DNA of 62,524 nt, counting the filler, from Aduncisulcus paluster (lineage: Eukaryota), in the NCBI GenBank assembly GCA_024181965.1. It is 8 parts of 7 records of this genome, joined end to end, with 100 filler letters (N's around TTAATTAATTAA, not from the genome) between each part and the next. Parts side by side here need not be neighbours in the genome. Positions count along the whole stretch, not along the records: positions 35,964 to 47,331 come from BQXS01011328.1; positions 47,432 to 57,935 come from BQXS01011329.1; 6 more parts are not named here. One strand, 5' to 3'. The notes beneath the pieces were generated by a model that ran no database searches, was not told where the DNA came from, and saw only the letters and a program-made list of their open reading frames with translations. This document shows positions 43,701-56,110 of the stretch, one piece after another (position 1 is the first letter of the stretch; each line of letters begins with the position of its first letter). The translations under genes and the position numbers were made by a program.

Positions 43701-46700
43701 TCCGTATCTTCTTGGAAGAGATGCAGATGGAGACGAGTCAACACCAGCGCATTCAGCTTTTCTGACCTCAGCGAGCATGCGTTGGGTCAGGGAATCCTTG
43801 TTCATGTATTCCTTTACAGTACTGTTGAGTACAGTGCCCAGCAAGGGAAGAGAGGAAGACAGGGAGACAGAGGAGGTCAAGAAAGAGTGCAGAGGAGTGG
43901 ACATTCGCTCGAGGTTGCGAGACAAGGTCTTCTTTGGAGAACTCTTGACAACAGCAGCGTTGGAGGAAGACTTTGAGCCTGTTGGCTTGTCTTTCCTTGA
44001 ATCAAGTTTCTTTGAGTTGGGGCCCATGGTTGAGGAACTCTTCTTAGTACCACGTCCAATGGAAGAAGTAGAAGCAACAGGGGATCCTTCCATTGGAACG
44101 TTGACTGGAAGTTTGCGAAGACCAAGCTTGCTATTCTCAGCGCTAACAATATTGGCCTGTTCAACAAGCTTGTGAATGATGGACTCGACATTTCTGAGCT
44201 CCGTGGAGATATGGGTGAAGGCCTCGTCTCTCATGTCCAAAGAAGAGGGAGAGGACTGGTCATCGCTTTGTTCCCTTGAGATGCCAAGACTGCCATCCTG
44301 AGATATCATGATTGAGCTCAGCTTGTCCATATTCTTAACAAATTGTGGCACGAACGTCTCTTGTGTAATATTATTGAAATTATAGTGAACAATCTTCTCT
44401 GGAAGTTCATCAGTGGAGTGTTTGACACGCACGACGAACTTTCTTCCCTTATCCTGCTCTCCAACTTCGACATCCTGAGAGGTGGATACAATGATGCTGT
44501 GAAGGGGATTGTGGGTAAAAGTATGAGCAGTCGGATAAGCACTGGTGGAAACGCTCTTGTTGACTTCATCGAATACGACAATCTTGTCCCTCAAGAATTG
44601 GTTGATGTGTATGGTCTTCTCAACTTCCTGGCGGAGGATCCGAAGCTCTTCTTGTGAATCAAACAGATCAGCAACGACATCCACAATAACACCATCTTCC
44701 ATAACCATACCAGGGTTAGGCTTGGAGTTGGAAAGGGCCGGAGTGCTAGAGTCCACAACTTTGGACTGGCGAGAGGAGATCTTGCCGGTTGAAGAGGTGG
44801 AAGAGGAGGAGGATCTTGTTGCACCGTATGAACTACGAGTCTGGGAGATTCTAGACTTGCCAATGAGTTGAGAGTTGTGGTCAGGGAAAGAGGCAGAAGA
44901 AGAAGTGGACGAAGAANNNNNNNNNNNNNNNNNNNNGTTGGAAAGGGCCGGAGTGCTAGAGTCCACAACTTTGGACTGGCGAGAGGAGATCTTGCCGGTT
45001 GAAGAGGTGGAAGAGGAGGAGGATCTTGTTGCACCGTATGAACTACGAGTCTGGGAGATTCTAGACTTGCCAATGAGTTGAGAGTTGTGGTCAGGGAAAG
45101 AGGCAGAAGAAGAAGTGGACGAAGAACCAGACTGTCCCATAATACCGGCAATCCTTTCCTTGTACTCCTGAAGAACAGTACTTGATGCAACGCTGACTTT
45201 CTCACACTCGAGTTGAATGGACAGTTCGTCAACATCACGGTCATGTTGGGCACGTTCCTCGGCGAGGAGACGCTTAAGACGCTGGATACGTGACGATAGT
45301 TGGAGGATTACAGAGGTAGAAGACGAGGGGGAGGTGGAGGAGGAGGAAGAGCCGAGGTTACGACCAACGACGACAATCTCTTCGCCTTCAACTCTTCCAT
45401 CTTCACTGACCTTGACATTCTCCCCACGAACGCTCATGACTCCACGGCCATCGGCATCGTCCACATCAACAAAGTACATTCCTTCGGAAGGTGGAGCAGA
45501 GTTTGAGGAAGATTCAATGCCAAAGTCAAGCTCAGCAGTTGGGGCGAGACTCTTTCCAAGGAGTTCAACGGCACTTCTCCTCCTGTCTTCAACGAGTTCA
45601 CATACACGTGCGTGCAACTGCTTGCATCTCTGGTCACGTTCCCTGAGTTGTTTCTTTTCATCGTCGTACGCTTCTCTCAGGTTGGCAAGCTCCCTGTTCT
45701 TGACGGCAATGGCTTGAGTCAGGGAAGTGTAAGTTTGTGAGTGGTTTGCGAACAATTGAGATAATGTTGACGTGAGAAGAGTGAGAACTCTATTGATTCC
45801 AAAGAAAGAGGCTTCAGAAGTGGACGAGACAGAATCTTGGATCTTCTCAAGCTCATCCTTAGCCTTCTTAACTATCATCTCGACATTATAACGCATTTCT
45901 TTGCCATCATCCTTCCCGATGGCGGACAGTTTCACGAGCTCATCCTCAAGGGATTTCATTTTAATACTCATCTCTTTCACACGTTCTTCTGTAATTTTAT
46001 GAACAAGTAAGACACATTCATCTTCAACGTTCTCAATCTTTCCTTTCATCAGGGAAATGATAGCCTCGTGTTGTTTCCGTTGAGCCTCCATCTTGACAGA
46101 GGCAGAACGAGAGTTAACCTGCATTTCATGACTCTGTGAGGCGAGGGAGGCGTTCAAACGTGTGATAACTCTACGAAGCCTTGAAATGAAAGTACTGGAT
46201 ACAGAAGAACCAGTACTCGACTCAGTGGCGGAAGAAGGAGACTTGTGCAATGAATGGAGAGATGGAGAGGAAGGGATAAGCTCATCGATGATATCAGCAC
46301 TCTCTCTCTCATCGGCGAAGGCAGAGGGTTTTGTTGGTTGGGGCTGAGAAGGACGTTCAGCAACTCTACCACTACTTATACTGCTTCTCTTTCCACCACC
46401 AAGGTCAATGTGTTTCTTTTCAGGGCTCTCTGAAGGCTCTCTTTGAATATGCGGGTGAGACATGGTGGATGCTACAGAGGATGTTGAAGCTGGCTTATAA
46501 TGTTGCTCGACAACATGGTCTCTCTGATCCTTCTCTTTCTCAAGCAATTGCTTCTCGTCACTTTCGTTTCTGATCACATACTGACGCTTAATGGGGGTCT
46601 GAGGGTCCTTGTCGAGGGAATAGTGCAAGTTGCTCTGGTGAAGGGCATCAGATCTGTCAGAGGCACGACTGGAGGTAGTGAAGGGAGAGGGAAGGTCTTC

Positions 46701-47331
46701 TTCCTCTTCTTCAACACGACCACGCATACTACGACGCTTGGCCAGGGAGGCAGAACGCTCCTGGATCCTTTCATGAATGTCATGCACATGGGCCAAGACA
46801 GAGGATTTGGAGGGAGTCGCAGTCTGTTGGGGAGCTGTCGAATGCAATATAGATGGGCTGTCAGTGGTGGGTTTATCGTGGGTGGTGGATATCTCCTTGT
46901 GGTGGATGGGAGACTTCCAGAGAAGGTGTTCCTTTGCATTGAATAGAGAAGAAGAGTGTAATTGATCAGTATCAACACGTTGTTCAGATGAAGATGAGGT
47001 CATGGGTTCAACACTCTTTGTTGAGCGAGTTGTGGTTGATCCACGGGGAGTGCTCTTGCTTCGGCGAGCATCTGGACGATCTTGTTTGGGGAGATCCCTG
47101 GAAGACGAGCGGACGACAGATTTTCCACTTTCTTTCCTTTGATAACGAGCACTTTGGGCCTCAGGAACTTCAAGCTTTCTGCCTTTTGGGGTTCTGGATT
47201 TCTCAGCAGATTCCTTGGAAGATGCGATTAAAGCAGCGGATGAAGGATTCTTAGAACCGACAGAAAGAGAGCGTTTGTGACGTCTTTCGCGTGGTTGAGA
47301 TGGAGATCTACGAGAGTGACTTTTGCTACGA
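40800..47331 (-). CDS. Large Ser-rich coiled-coil protein, 5'-truncated by gap; true C-terminus at 40800 (...LSHYDE*)
   Basis: The frame is open from the gap at 47331. The C-terminal block occurs three times around 20-N gaps; only the 40800-41337 copy runs on to a native stop. Confidence 0.75.
41358..41878. repeat. Exact duplicate of 40031-40551; assembly artefact
   Basis: Identical sequence starting at a 20-N gap; it creates the chimeric ORFs 40800..41645 and 41841..47003. Confidence 0.88.
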
Positions 47332-47559
47332 NNNNNNNNNNNNNNNNNNNNNNNNNNNNNNNNNNNNNNNNNNNNTTAATTAATTAANNNNNNNNNNNNN
47401 NNNNNNNNNNNNNNNNNNNNNNNNNNNNNNNATTGGAAATTGATCGATTCTACTGGTCGAGAATTACGTTTAAGGGTCAATTTTAAATAATACTTAAATT
47501 TCACCGTGCAAAGCAATCTATTACGACTTTAGGGCGATGTTCAACGAATTCTTTTTATT

Positions 47560-47920
47560 GCTATAAGAACGTTAAAAGGGGAATGGTTTGTTTGGTTATC
47601 CAATCTTTCTATCCCTTTCCCATCACCTAGTCCCATGAAAGGTGCTTATATATATGTGTGTGTGAATGAGGATTTCAGTTCACCATCTCCTCACTTTCAC
47701 ACACTCGACTGATGGTAAGAGAATACATCCAAGAAGTATGAATTTACTTGGCCTGAACATGAATTTAAGCGGCACTTCCTTCCTATTGATTTGGCGAATA
47801 TTGTATTGTGTGTGAAGTTGAAGGAAAGGAATGTGGGACTCGAACCAAAATAAAAAAATTCTGTTTGAAACAGACTGTTTCTACTCTCTTGTTTTTACAA
47901 AATCGGAGAGCAAACGAAAT
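47560..47920 (+). pseudogene. Frameshifted pseudogene of a lineage-expanded hypothetical family (LSIPFPSPSPMKGAY...KKYEFT...HFLPIDL..IVLCE.EGK)
   Basis: Manual translation across at least three frame changes gives LKGEWFVWLSNLSIPFPSPSPMKGAYI / LTFTHSTDGK / SKKYEFTWPEHEFKRHFLPIDLANIVLC / EVEGK. I recall this motif set from Aduncisulcus hypothetical proteins; it needs BLAST confirmation. Confidence 0.65.
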
Positions 47921-48481
47921 GAAACAATTGTCTTTTATAGTCATGGGAACATTCCAAATACAATATCGAGTTCTTGGTTGTTTTTGGAGTCAAATATTTA
48001 TACAAGACTTGAGTTACCTTCCATTGAATAATCATTGGAAAAGATAAAAACATTGTGGAAATAAAGAAACATCTGTGGTGCTACGAGTGAATATTGCCGT
48101 TTATAGCTTCGATGGCGAGTTTCGATAGAATAGAGAGATGAGTGAAATGAAACATGACATAAATCTGCAAGTGAGTGATAGAATCAGGGAAAAATGTTAT
48201 CAAAAAACCATCGATTAAGGCCAAGTAGAAGGGATAAATGACACAAAAAAATGTAAATAAAAATAAAAGGAAAGTTCTTAACTAATAAACGCCTTGGGTG
48301 TTTGATTGAGTAGTATAAACAATAAAATCATCGTGGCTAACTCTGCTCGAAAAGTTTTTCGTCATCGACGCAAGAAAAGAAGGATTTTATCATTGTCTTG
48401 ATGATCTCACTCTATTTTTAGGCGATATGCAAAGAGCTGGAGAACAAAGCAGAAACACTCTCAATTAAAAAATAATTAATA

Positions 48482-49739
48482 TTAATTTATTTCAAGGATG
48501 GTTTTATGAAGTCCTGATCTTTCTAGTGGAATATTAATTTGAGTTGAACTCCACACTCCACTCAACCAAGCAGCACCTACAGATGCAGAAACTGATGTCT
48601 GAACCAGTTTAACCTTGTGAGCACCGAGTTCATGTTTGAATTCATCGCCAAAGATGTCAAGACATTTCCACATTGACCCAACAGCAACGATCTCTGTCAT
48701 ATCATCGACCCCACATGTGGTCTGGGAACATTTCTTTTCAACAAGAGCACGGGCCATACGACCAAGTTCAATTCCTGCTTGTTTGAGGAAGTAAGTGGCC
48801 AGAGGATCATTGTAATTCCGGACAAGGTCAATCAATTCCACAGTGAAGGCAGCAATGTGTCGTTTATCAAAGTTATCATATAAGTACTTAACAATGTTGT
48901 TCATATCACCTTCAAGATTGAAATGTTTCTCAAGACGGTTAAAAATAGGCATATGATCACATTCACACGCTGTCACTCCATTGATTGAGACTTCATCAAG
49001 GGTGCTACACCACCCATCTTGTTTTCTATACACGCTTCGAATGGTTGAAATAGCTATTCCAAATCCAGCACCTTCATCAGCAATCGTATCTCCCCATCCT
49101 CCAACACGGCTGTCAGCACTCAGAGCAAAAGTATCATGATCTAATGTGACAATACGACCCATGGATCCTGTTCCACTAATAAGACAAATTCCACCATAGG
49201 GTGAAACCAGGAAAAGGGGTCCCAGAGAATCATTAACGAAGTGGACATCATTGGGGAAAGATACAAGGTTGGGACGACGGTTCAGTAAACGGGTAACGAG
49301 AGCAGCCTCAAAGGGTGGCTCCATTCCAGACATAGTGCCTCCAAGAGATACAAGGGGATACATATCACTAACTCCAGGGTCGTTTATGAGAGTAATCCCA
49401 GAACGTTCATACATTATATTTTTAACACGTAATAACATAATATCGACAACAGTTAGAATTGATTCTACCCATTTTTCTTCTCCAAGAAGAAAATGGTTTG
49501 TTGAAAATTTAAAAGATTCTTGAACAACGATTTCTCCAGTATCAGCATCTAAGACAGCTGCATGTGTATTGGATCCACCTCTAAAAAAAGGAAAAATCGA
49601 AATTAAATCCCAGAACTACAAATGAAATTTAACCTCATTCTACATCCACATACCCTTCGATCCCAATTGAATATCCGCAGAATATTGTGTTTATAACAAC
49701 AGATATAAGTAAAAAAGATAATCCAAATTTCAGATACAT
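48482..49739 (-). CDS. NAGK: N-acetylglucosamine kinase (BadF/BadG/BcrA/BcrD ATPase family), 2 exons (49739-49654, 49580-48482), 394 aa, with a predicted N-terminal signal peptide
   Basis: Splicing restores the phosphate-1 loop GIEGGGSNT. Also ND (FVNDS), LISGTGS, RVGGWGDTIADEGAGF and VGSMWK. Confidence 0.9.
49581..49653 (-). other. Spliceosomal intron (73 nt, phase 2) in NAGK
   Basis: GTATGT...CTTTTTTTAG splits the Gly codon of GIEG|GG. Confidence 0.92.
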
Positions 49740-50000
49740 CTGATTTGTCGAAGAAAAGAAAATTGGCGATTACTCTTTATTCCTTTCGTTATGAATATCC
49801 TTAATTCATAATAATGAAAGAAATGATATTTTATGCAAGTTTATTGTTTTAAAATATATAGGGTATGCTTTGATTACGAGATATGAACAATTTGGCTGCA
49901 GCGGAAGCAATAACATAATTCATACGAATTTCAACATTTTTAACATTATTTATTCTCATATATTTCCTACATATTAATAATAGAATGATAAGTTTAGTGA

Positions 50001-51590
50001 CTACTCCCAGGTGAAATCAAGACTCTTTTCAGGATGATATACTGAATAATCTCCGAATTCATTCACTGAAACTCCAACGTCAGTGATTAGATCCTTTCTT
50101 TCTTCCAATAATTCTTTCCACTCTTTTGGAGCGTGGTGTTCATCAGTCAACCCCTTGAAGAATAAATTATCAACAACACTTACCCCTTTAATTGACATAT
50201 TCTCCTTGCATAGGATAGCTAAACTCGTGAGACTCTGCGCAGTCAAACCACAACGTTTGAGAGATATGAACAAAGATGACGCCTGAGTATGCGGATATTC
50301 ACACAAGGCAATGGCAAGGTGATTACACCCTTCGTCCTGANNNNNNNNNNNNNNNNNNNNTAATTCTTTCCACTCTTTTGGAGCGTGGTGTTCATCAGTC
50401 AACCCCTTGAAGAATAAATTATCAACAACACTTACCCCTTTAATTGACATATTCTCCTTGCATAGGATAGCTAAACTCGTGAGACTCTGCGCAGTCAAAC
50501 CACAACGTTTGAGAGATATGAACAAAGATGACGCCTGAGTATGCGGATATTCACACAAGGCAATGGCAAGGTGATTACACCCTTCGTCCTGAATTCTACA
50601 TCCGTCCATAACAATTGTCTCAAGAGAGCAACTTGGATTGGCAAGGAATGAACGCAGGGAAGCACATGAATCGAACGAGAGAGCATTGCCGCTCACATTT
50701 AAATATGTCAATTGTAGTGCCGCTGGAGACCCGGTGGAATCTGGATCAGTGTGAACAATCCGTGGACGATGGTCGAGCAATCCGGTAATAAGGTTTGTAA
50801 TGTCCCAATCGTGGAGATTACACCGGCTGAGATTAAGGGCTTTAATCGTATTGCAATGGGCAACTCCCTGAGAAAAGCGTTGGATAGCTTCCCCATGGCG
50901 TGAAAGAGGTTCGCATCCAGCGAGAGCCAAGTGTGTAAGAGAGAACGAAGGCTTCATCATCTCAAGTGACAAATCAATGAATACATCAGTATTTACACCA
51001 CAATATGATAAATCCAGATGAGAAAGAGAAGATCTACAGAGAACAGAAATGATGTGTTGGCAGCCTTCCTCGGATATGGCATTTTGACAAAGAATAAATT
51101 GTTTCAAAGATACTGATTGAGCAATACCAGAGGCTAATGTTTTGGCACCTACTTTTGTGATATTATTCATTCGTAAATTAAGGGTCTTGAATATGCTGGA
51201 ATTAGGAAGAAACGAGGCAATTGTTGCCGCACCTCCATCGGTAATATTATTGCATGAAAAATCGAACCCTGAACAACAATCAATATGTTCTAAAGATTTA
51301 CAAATAACACTAACATCAAGATCGGTTAGACGATCAGATCCTAGAGTCGGACCGTATAAATTTAAAACTAAAGGCTCCCTTCAAAAAATATCATATATAT
51401 TTAAAAGAATTATTTACAGTAAGTGTATTTTGAAGCTGTAAACTTGGAAAAGGTGGACTACAACAAGAAAAACATACCGTTTTGCTTTGGCATTTGAAAC
51501 CTCGGCTAATATCGCCTCTCTAGGTTTAATTGTAAATGTTTGACAATTTTCAAGATAAGATAATCTAAATTGATCGATGAGTTTATCCAT
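50001..51590 (-). CDS. LRRC34: RI-type leucine-rich repeat protein, LRRC34-like, 2 exons (51590-51478, 51378-50001)
   Basis: Spliced N-terminus MDKLIDQFRLSYLENC...LNLYG...RLTDLDVSVICKSL...DFSCNNITDGGA; LRRs throughout; C-terminal ITDV motif as in LRRC34. Confidence 0.72.
51379..51477 (-). other. Spliceosomal intron (99 nt, phase 2)
   Basis: GTATGT...TTTTTTGAAG gives an in-frame join. Confidence 0.85.
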
Positions 51591-51849
51591 TTTTCACAGA
51601 AACTTGGATTTCGAAAATGAATTTTTTATTGAGCAATAGAATCTTCAAAATCAAGGAATATGTGGGAGAAATTGGGAAGGAAAGTGTGTTTTACTATTTT
51701 GTTGCCCCTCTAAAACATCTTGAAAATTAAGAAAGGATGGGAACAAAAATTCGAGCACAAAGCAGCATAATAAATGTTTATTACAAATATTAATAAGTTC
51801 CACGAAATAAATATATAATATATACACTGAGTGTTAATATTAACAATCC

Positions 51850-54423
51850 CTATTTCAAGGGAGGGATGATTGTCGGTCGGAGCTTTTTTAACTTTGACTG
51901 GGCAAGACCTGTTGAAGTCGCCAAGCGATTTGCTGCTGTGGAAGATGATTGATGTATTTGAGAAGAGTGAAATGATGATGTTTTGATCCTTCTTGAGAAA
52001 GAAGATGGTTTTACAAACCCAGGAGATTCTTTCATACCACGATTCGAGAATAGGGATCTCTTCGAATCTCTTGAATATGGATCTTTTGATATTGGTGTTC
52101 GGCCCTGAGTTGATGATTTGAAACCCTGTTTCTTGTTTGATTTGAATTCCCCATTGGAAATTGAAACATCTTCTATTCTATTCTCGGAAGTGGATGAAAA
52201 TCTATTTTTATCATCAGATTCGCCATATATACTATATTGCAATAACCTTCCATCATGTAAGAGGGCTCTTGTAGCACATATCAAAGGAAAAGGAGGAGGA
52301 GAAACCTCTTTGGGTTTTCCAATTCCACATCCACAAACTGGGCAAATATTCGGTGTAAGAGTCGAAGAAGGTGCTAAAAATAAATCATTCTCATTCATCG
52401 GTTGAGAAGAAGAGAGTTTTGATGAACTTTTAGCTGTTGACCGAGAAGTGTGATCATGATCATCCCGAATTCCATCAGCAATGTGACAAACACAATCACA
52501 ACAAGACTCTGCGCCAATAATGTCACACAGAACCTTCCGCAAGGATACAGCAGCCTTGGCCACATTCCTCTTAACTCTTAATTTCTCCATATCATCATGC
52601 AAGCTCTCATCTTTCACAATGGCCAGCATATCGGTCAATTGAACAATCCCGACGTGCAGAGCAGCTTGTTGCTGAGTTGGAAGCGTCGATATCGGTATTG
52701 ATAAAGCCCGCGGGACAAGTGTTGTTCGGCACATGGCATCATCGGTTACTCTTGAAGGAAAAGTTATTTCTGGTGCTTTCTTTTCTGGTGATTTCTTTTC
52801 TGTTGGGACGGAAGAAGAAGAAGCTGGGCCGGAGTGGGTGGATTTAAGAATACCTGCTTCACATGATCCATCCTCACACTGCAGTAAAAGATCACGGGCA
52901 AGTTTGGCTTGAACATCTCGAATAAGAGAAATATTACCCTGTGCCATGGCTCGTAAAACAATTCTTTGAAGAGTAACGGGCATTTCACCAACAACATTAC
53001 AAGCTCTTTCAACAAGCTGTCGATTACACATTGCTGGAAAAGAACATAATTATTATATTATAATATTAATTAAAAATAATTAATTAATTAATAAACAAAT
53101 AAATAAAAATAATTAATTGATAAAAATGGATATATAATATAGAAATAATTTATAAAACGTACCAATATAGGGACCTGTGGGTATTTCAGTTTCAAATGGA
53201 GCATACATGAAAGCCGGAGAAGGTGATGCATATATTTTTGGTTGTTTTGGCTGGAAAAGCTTCTTAATTCTTTCTTTCTCAGCATCTAAGGGGTGTATTT
53301 GTTGTTGAGACAATCCAGGTGGAGCGAAGGGGTTGCTTGTGATAAAATCAGGAAGTTTGGAGGAATAAGGGAGTTGAATAAGGGAGAGCTTTTGGGCCGT
53401 GGCCATAAGTTTTTCATGCAATGGATACAATAAACCATCATTTATAGGCGCAGTGGGAATAGAACTTGTATTATGAACACAAGGAGAAGTGGAGGAAGAT
53501 GAATTACGTTTAATCGAGTCTTCACATTCACTCGGTTGCTTGGGAATCTCTGAGGAGGACGAAGAAGAAGAGGATGGAAGAAAGATATGCTGATATTTTG
53601 TGGGCAATTTTGAATGAACATATTTTTGTAATTTCTCAATATTATCCTGCATCGTCCTTGAATCTATTCCACATACAGAGCGTAGAATTTCTACTAAACG
53701 GCTCCTAACACGTCTTTCAGCAGCTAATTTTCGATTAAGCTCGTTCATTCTCGCTTCACTTGTGGAATATTTTTTCTGTAAATCTAAATTCTTTTGGCGT
53801 AAAATGCTGGCTTCTTGTTTGGCCATGGCAGCAATTCTTGACGATTTATCGGCTTCTTCCGAAAGTCTGACTGATTCTTCAAGGGTGGTTCCAGTTACGC
53901 TGGTGATATGTTTAGAAACGGCAGCCAAAAGAGTCTCTCTTGCTTTTACAATTTCTTCTGCTGCAATCTTTCGTATTAGAGTACGCTCTTGGGCCATTCG
54001 AGCAAAATATACCCGATGTAACTCCTTCATTGTTTTCTCTTTCTCAACTAATCGTTTCCGAACTTCTGCAAGGGTTTCTTTCAAATCTTCGTATCGGCAT
54101 TGTCCTGCTTTAGATCCAGTTACAAGGGTTTCGAGTTCATGATTTCGTTTTTCAAGGGAATTGAAAGATAAATTGGATTGTTCTAATTGTTTTTTTAGAT
54201 TCATATTTTCCTTCATTATTCTCATAGTTACTTGCTTCTGTTCATCTACTCCTGCTTGTTTAGCTGATTTAATCTTCTCTTCTAAGGATTTAATTCTCTC
54301 ATAACTCTCTAATTTTAATTCTTCTTTTTCTTTTAATACTACGTCTAATCTCTGTCTGATATCCCTATTTTCCTTAATGACTGCTTCATTAAATTCAGAT
54401 TCAAGCTCTTTAATTCTTTCCAT
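51850..54423 (-). CDS. Coiled-coil protein, 2 exons (54423-53163, 53033-51850), about 814 aa
   Basis: ORFs 53113..54423 and 51850..53031 join in frame (…PYI-A-MCNRQ) after removing an AT-rich intron. The C-terminal part has CCDCVC and CPVCGC Cys clusters. Confidence 0.8.
53034..53162 (-). other. Spliceosomal intron (129 nt, phase 1)
   Basis: GTACGT...CTTTTCCAG with an extremely AT-rich interior. Confidence 0.85.
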
Positions 54424-54726
54424 ATTTCATATTGAATCAAAACGTGGGAAAAAAAATTTACCACTATAATAGGCACAAAATATTGGGTTTATTGGAGATA
54501 TATTTCCCGTATATTCACAACTATAATGATATCCCGTTAATAATATAAAAGATATTCACATGAGAGACGAGAAAAAGGTATGGTGTCGACAAGAGTAGAA
54601 TATGGGAGCCTTGTGAAGGTATTTATATTGAAAGAGCATAAAAACTTAATGGTAAGCTTTAGACATGAAATGAATTTCTAATAAACACGATATAATACAT
54701 CTCTGAGAGACAACAAATTTCTTGAG

Positions 54727-54904
54727 GCTGTTTTGATGATTTCGGAATATTCAGCAAAAGCATCAGATTCAAAACGTTGAAAGGTTTATGATGTTATTTC
54801 ATATATATCGTGTCTCGGTTATTAGGACACAGCCAGAAATTCTGGCCCAGAATGCTGGAGTTGAATCGAAATAAGAATCATCAAAATTTCATCATATTCC
54901 AGCT
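54727..54904 (-). ncRNA. Candidate structured RNA with box C/D-like ends and an Sm-like site; family unassigned
   Basis: Multiple inverted repeats of 11, 7, 7, 6 and 5 bp. The minus strand reads GGAAU-AUGAUGA...CUGA-AUAUUCC and contains AAUUUCUGG. Confidence 0.3.
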
Positions 54905-54921
54905 ATTTTTAGATTTTTTTC

Positions 54922-56110
54922 TCACACAGAGTAAATTGTTCCATCCATACAAGCACAGATGACAATATCATCCGATACACATGCAGAACATACTTGTTTA
55001 TCGATTGGGACATGCCATGCTTGAGAAACTCCAAAAATAGATTCATCATCACTTCCATCTTCCGTAGAACGCGATGATCTTCCCCTCCCACTCCTTTCTT
55101 TCACATTCCATAGAACAACTCCATCTCCATGCACAGTTACAGGAGATTGACCAATGGTTCCAACACATAACACGCCGTCTTCCTGTTCGGTGTCCCATTC
55201 GTGCATTTTTACAAGTGTGGGAAGAAGAAGAAGAGGAGGAGGAGGAGGTCGCAGCATCAAGACCTTCGGGAGGAGATGAAACAGATGTCACCGATGAAGC
55301 TGAACTACAGTTTCTAATATCCCATTGTTCAACCAATCCTCCGTCATTGCCACATCCAGCACGACCAACGTACGGCTGGAGACGATTCGTAGATGAGAGA
55401 GATAGGGAGGAACAGATATGAAGAGACGGAGAAGAGACATACACGGGGGTTCTAAGGTCACGAATATCCCAGAGCTTGACGTTTAAATCCTCTCCGGCTT
55501 GAAGAACAAGATGTTCGTTGATCTGGAGAACTTTCTTCCCAACATTACGACTAATGTATGAATATTGGATGGCTTCCGACTTCTCAACATCCCATAAGCA
55601 CACTGTACAATCACGTGATGAGGAGAATAATTGAGTTTCAGAGAGAGATATCAGGTCTGATACTCCCAAAGTGTGATGGGAAAGTGTAGATACGGGGGAT
55701 GAAATAAAGGATGAAGAATCCATCGAATCATCGATTTTACAAAGAGATATATCTCCTTCGCTGCCACCTAAACAGATATAATCAGATAAATGAGAAGTTA
55801 TAACATTTGATAATGGTAAATCCGACACCGAATCTATAATGGGGCATTGGGATGTAGTTCTAGGAGATATCTCTGTTTTAGAATCATCTTTACGCTCAAA
55901 GGGTCTATCAATAATATATATAACTCCGTCAATATCAAGTAAGGCAAATTTCTCAGATGAGGCAAGGGGACAAACCGATAAAAAGCCATCTATACTATAA
56001 AGATATTCTTCATTTATATCTACATCAGAAATATGAGCTAAGTTTCCCCCAGATACTACTTTTTCACCCTCAGAAACATAAATTGTTGTTTTCGATCCAC
56101 AAACCCCCAT
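54922..56110 (-). CDS. WDR31: WD repeat protein WDR31-like with N-myristoylation/palmitoylation motif; +1 frameshift near 55220-55247
   Basis: MGVCGSK N-terminus. SRDCTVCLWDV...ISRNV...LQAGEDLNVKLWDIR...GCGNDGGLVEQWDIR matches WDR31. The last blades (EDGVLCV, HGDGVVLWNV, CACMDGTIYSV) lie in the +1 frame (ORF 54922..55260). Confidence 0.78.

Noticed and set aside
43414..44175. Long antisense ORFs (this 253-aa one and many of 60-170 aa)
   Set aside because: Shadows of Ser/Glu-rich genes on the opposite strand with no independent motifs.
54860..54900. Possible SECIS element downstream of the TGA-ending WDR31
   Set aside because: Helix II and the apical AA required for a SECIS cannot be formed.
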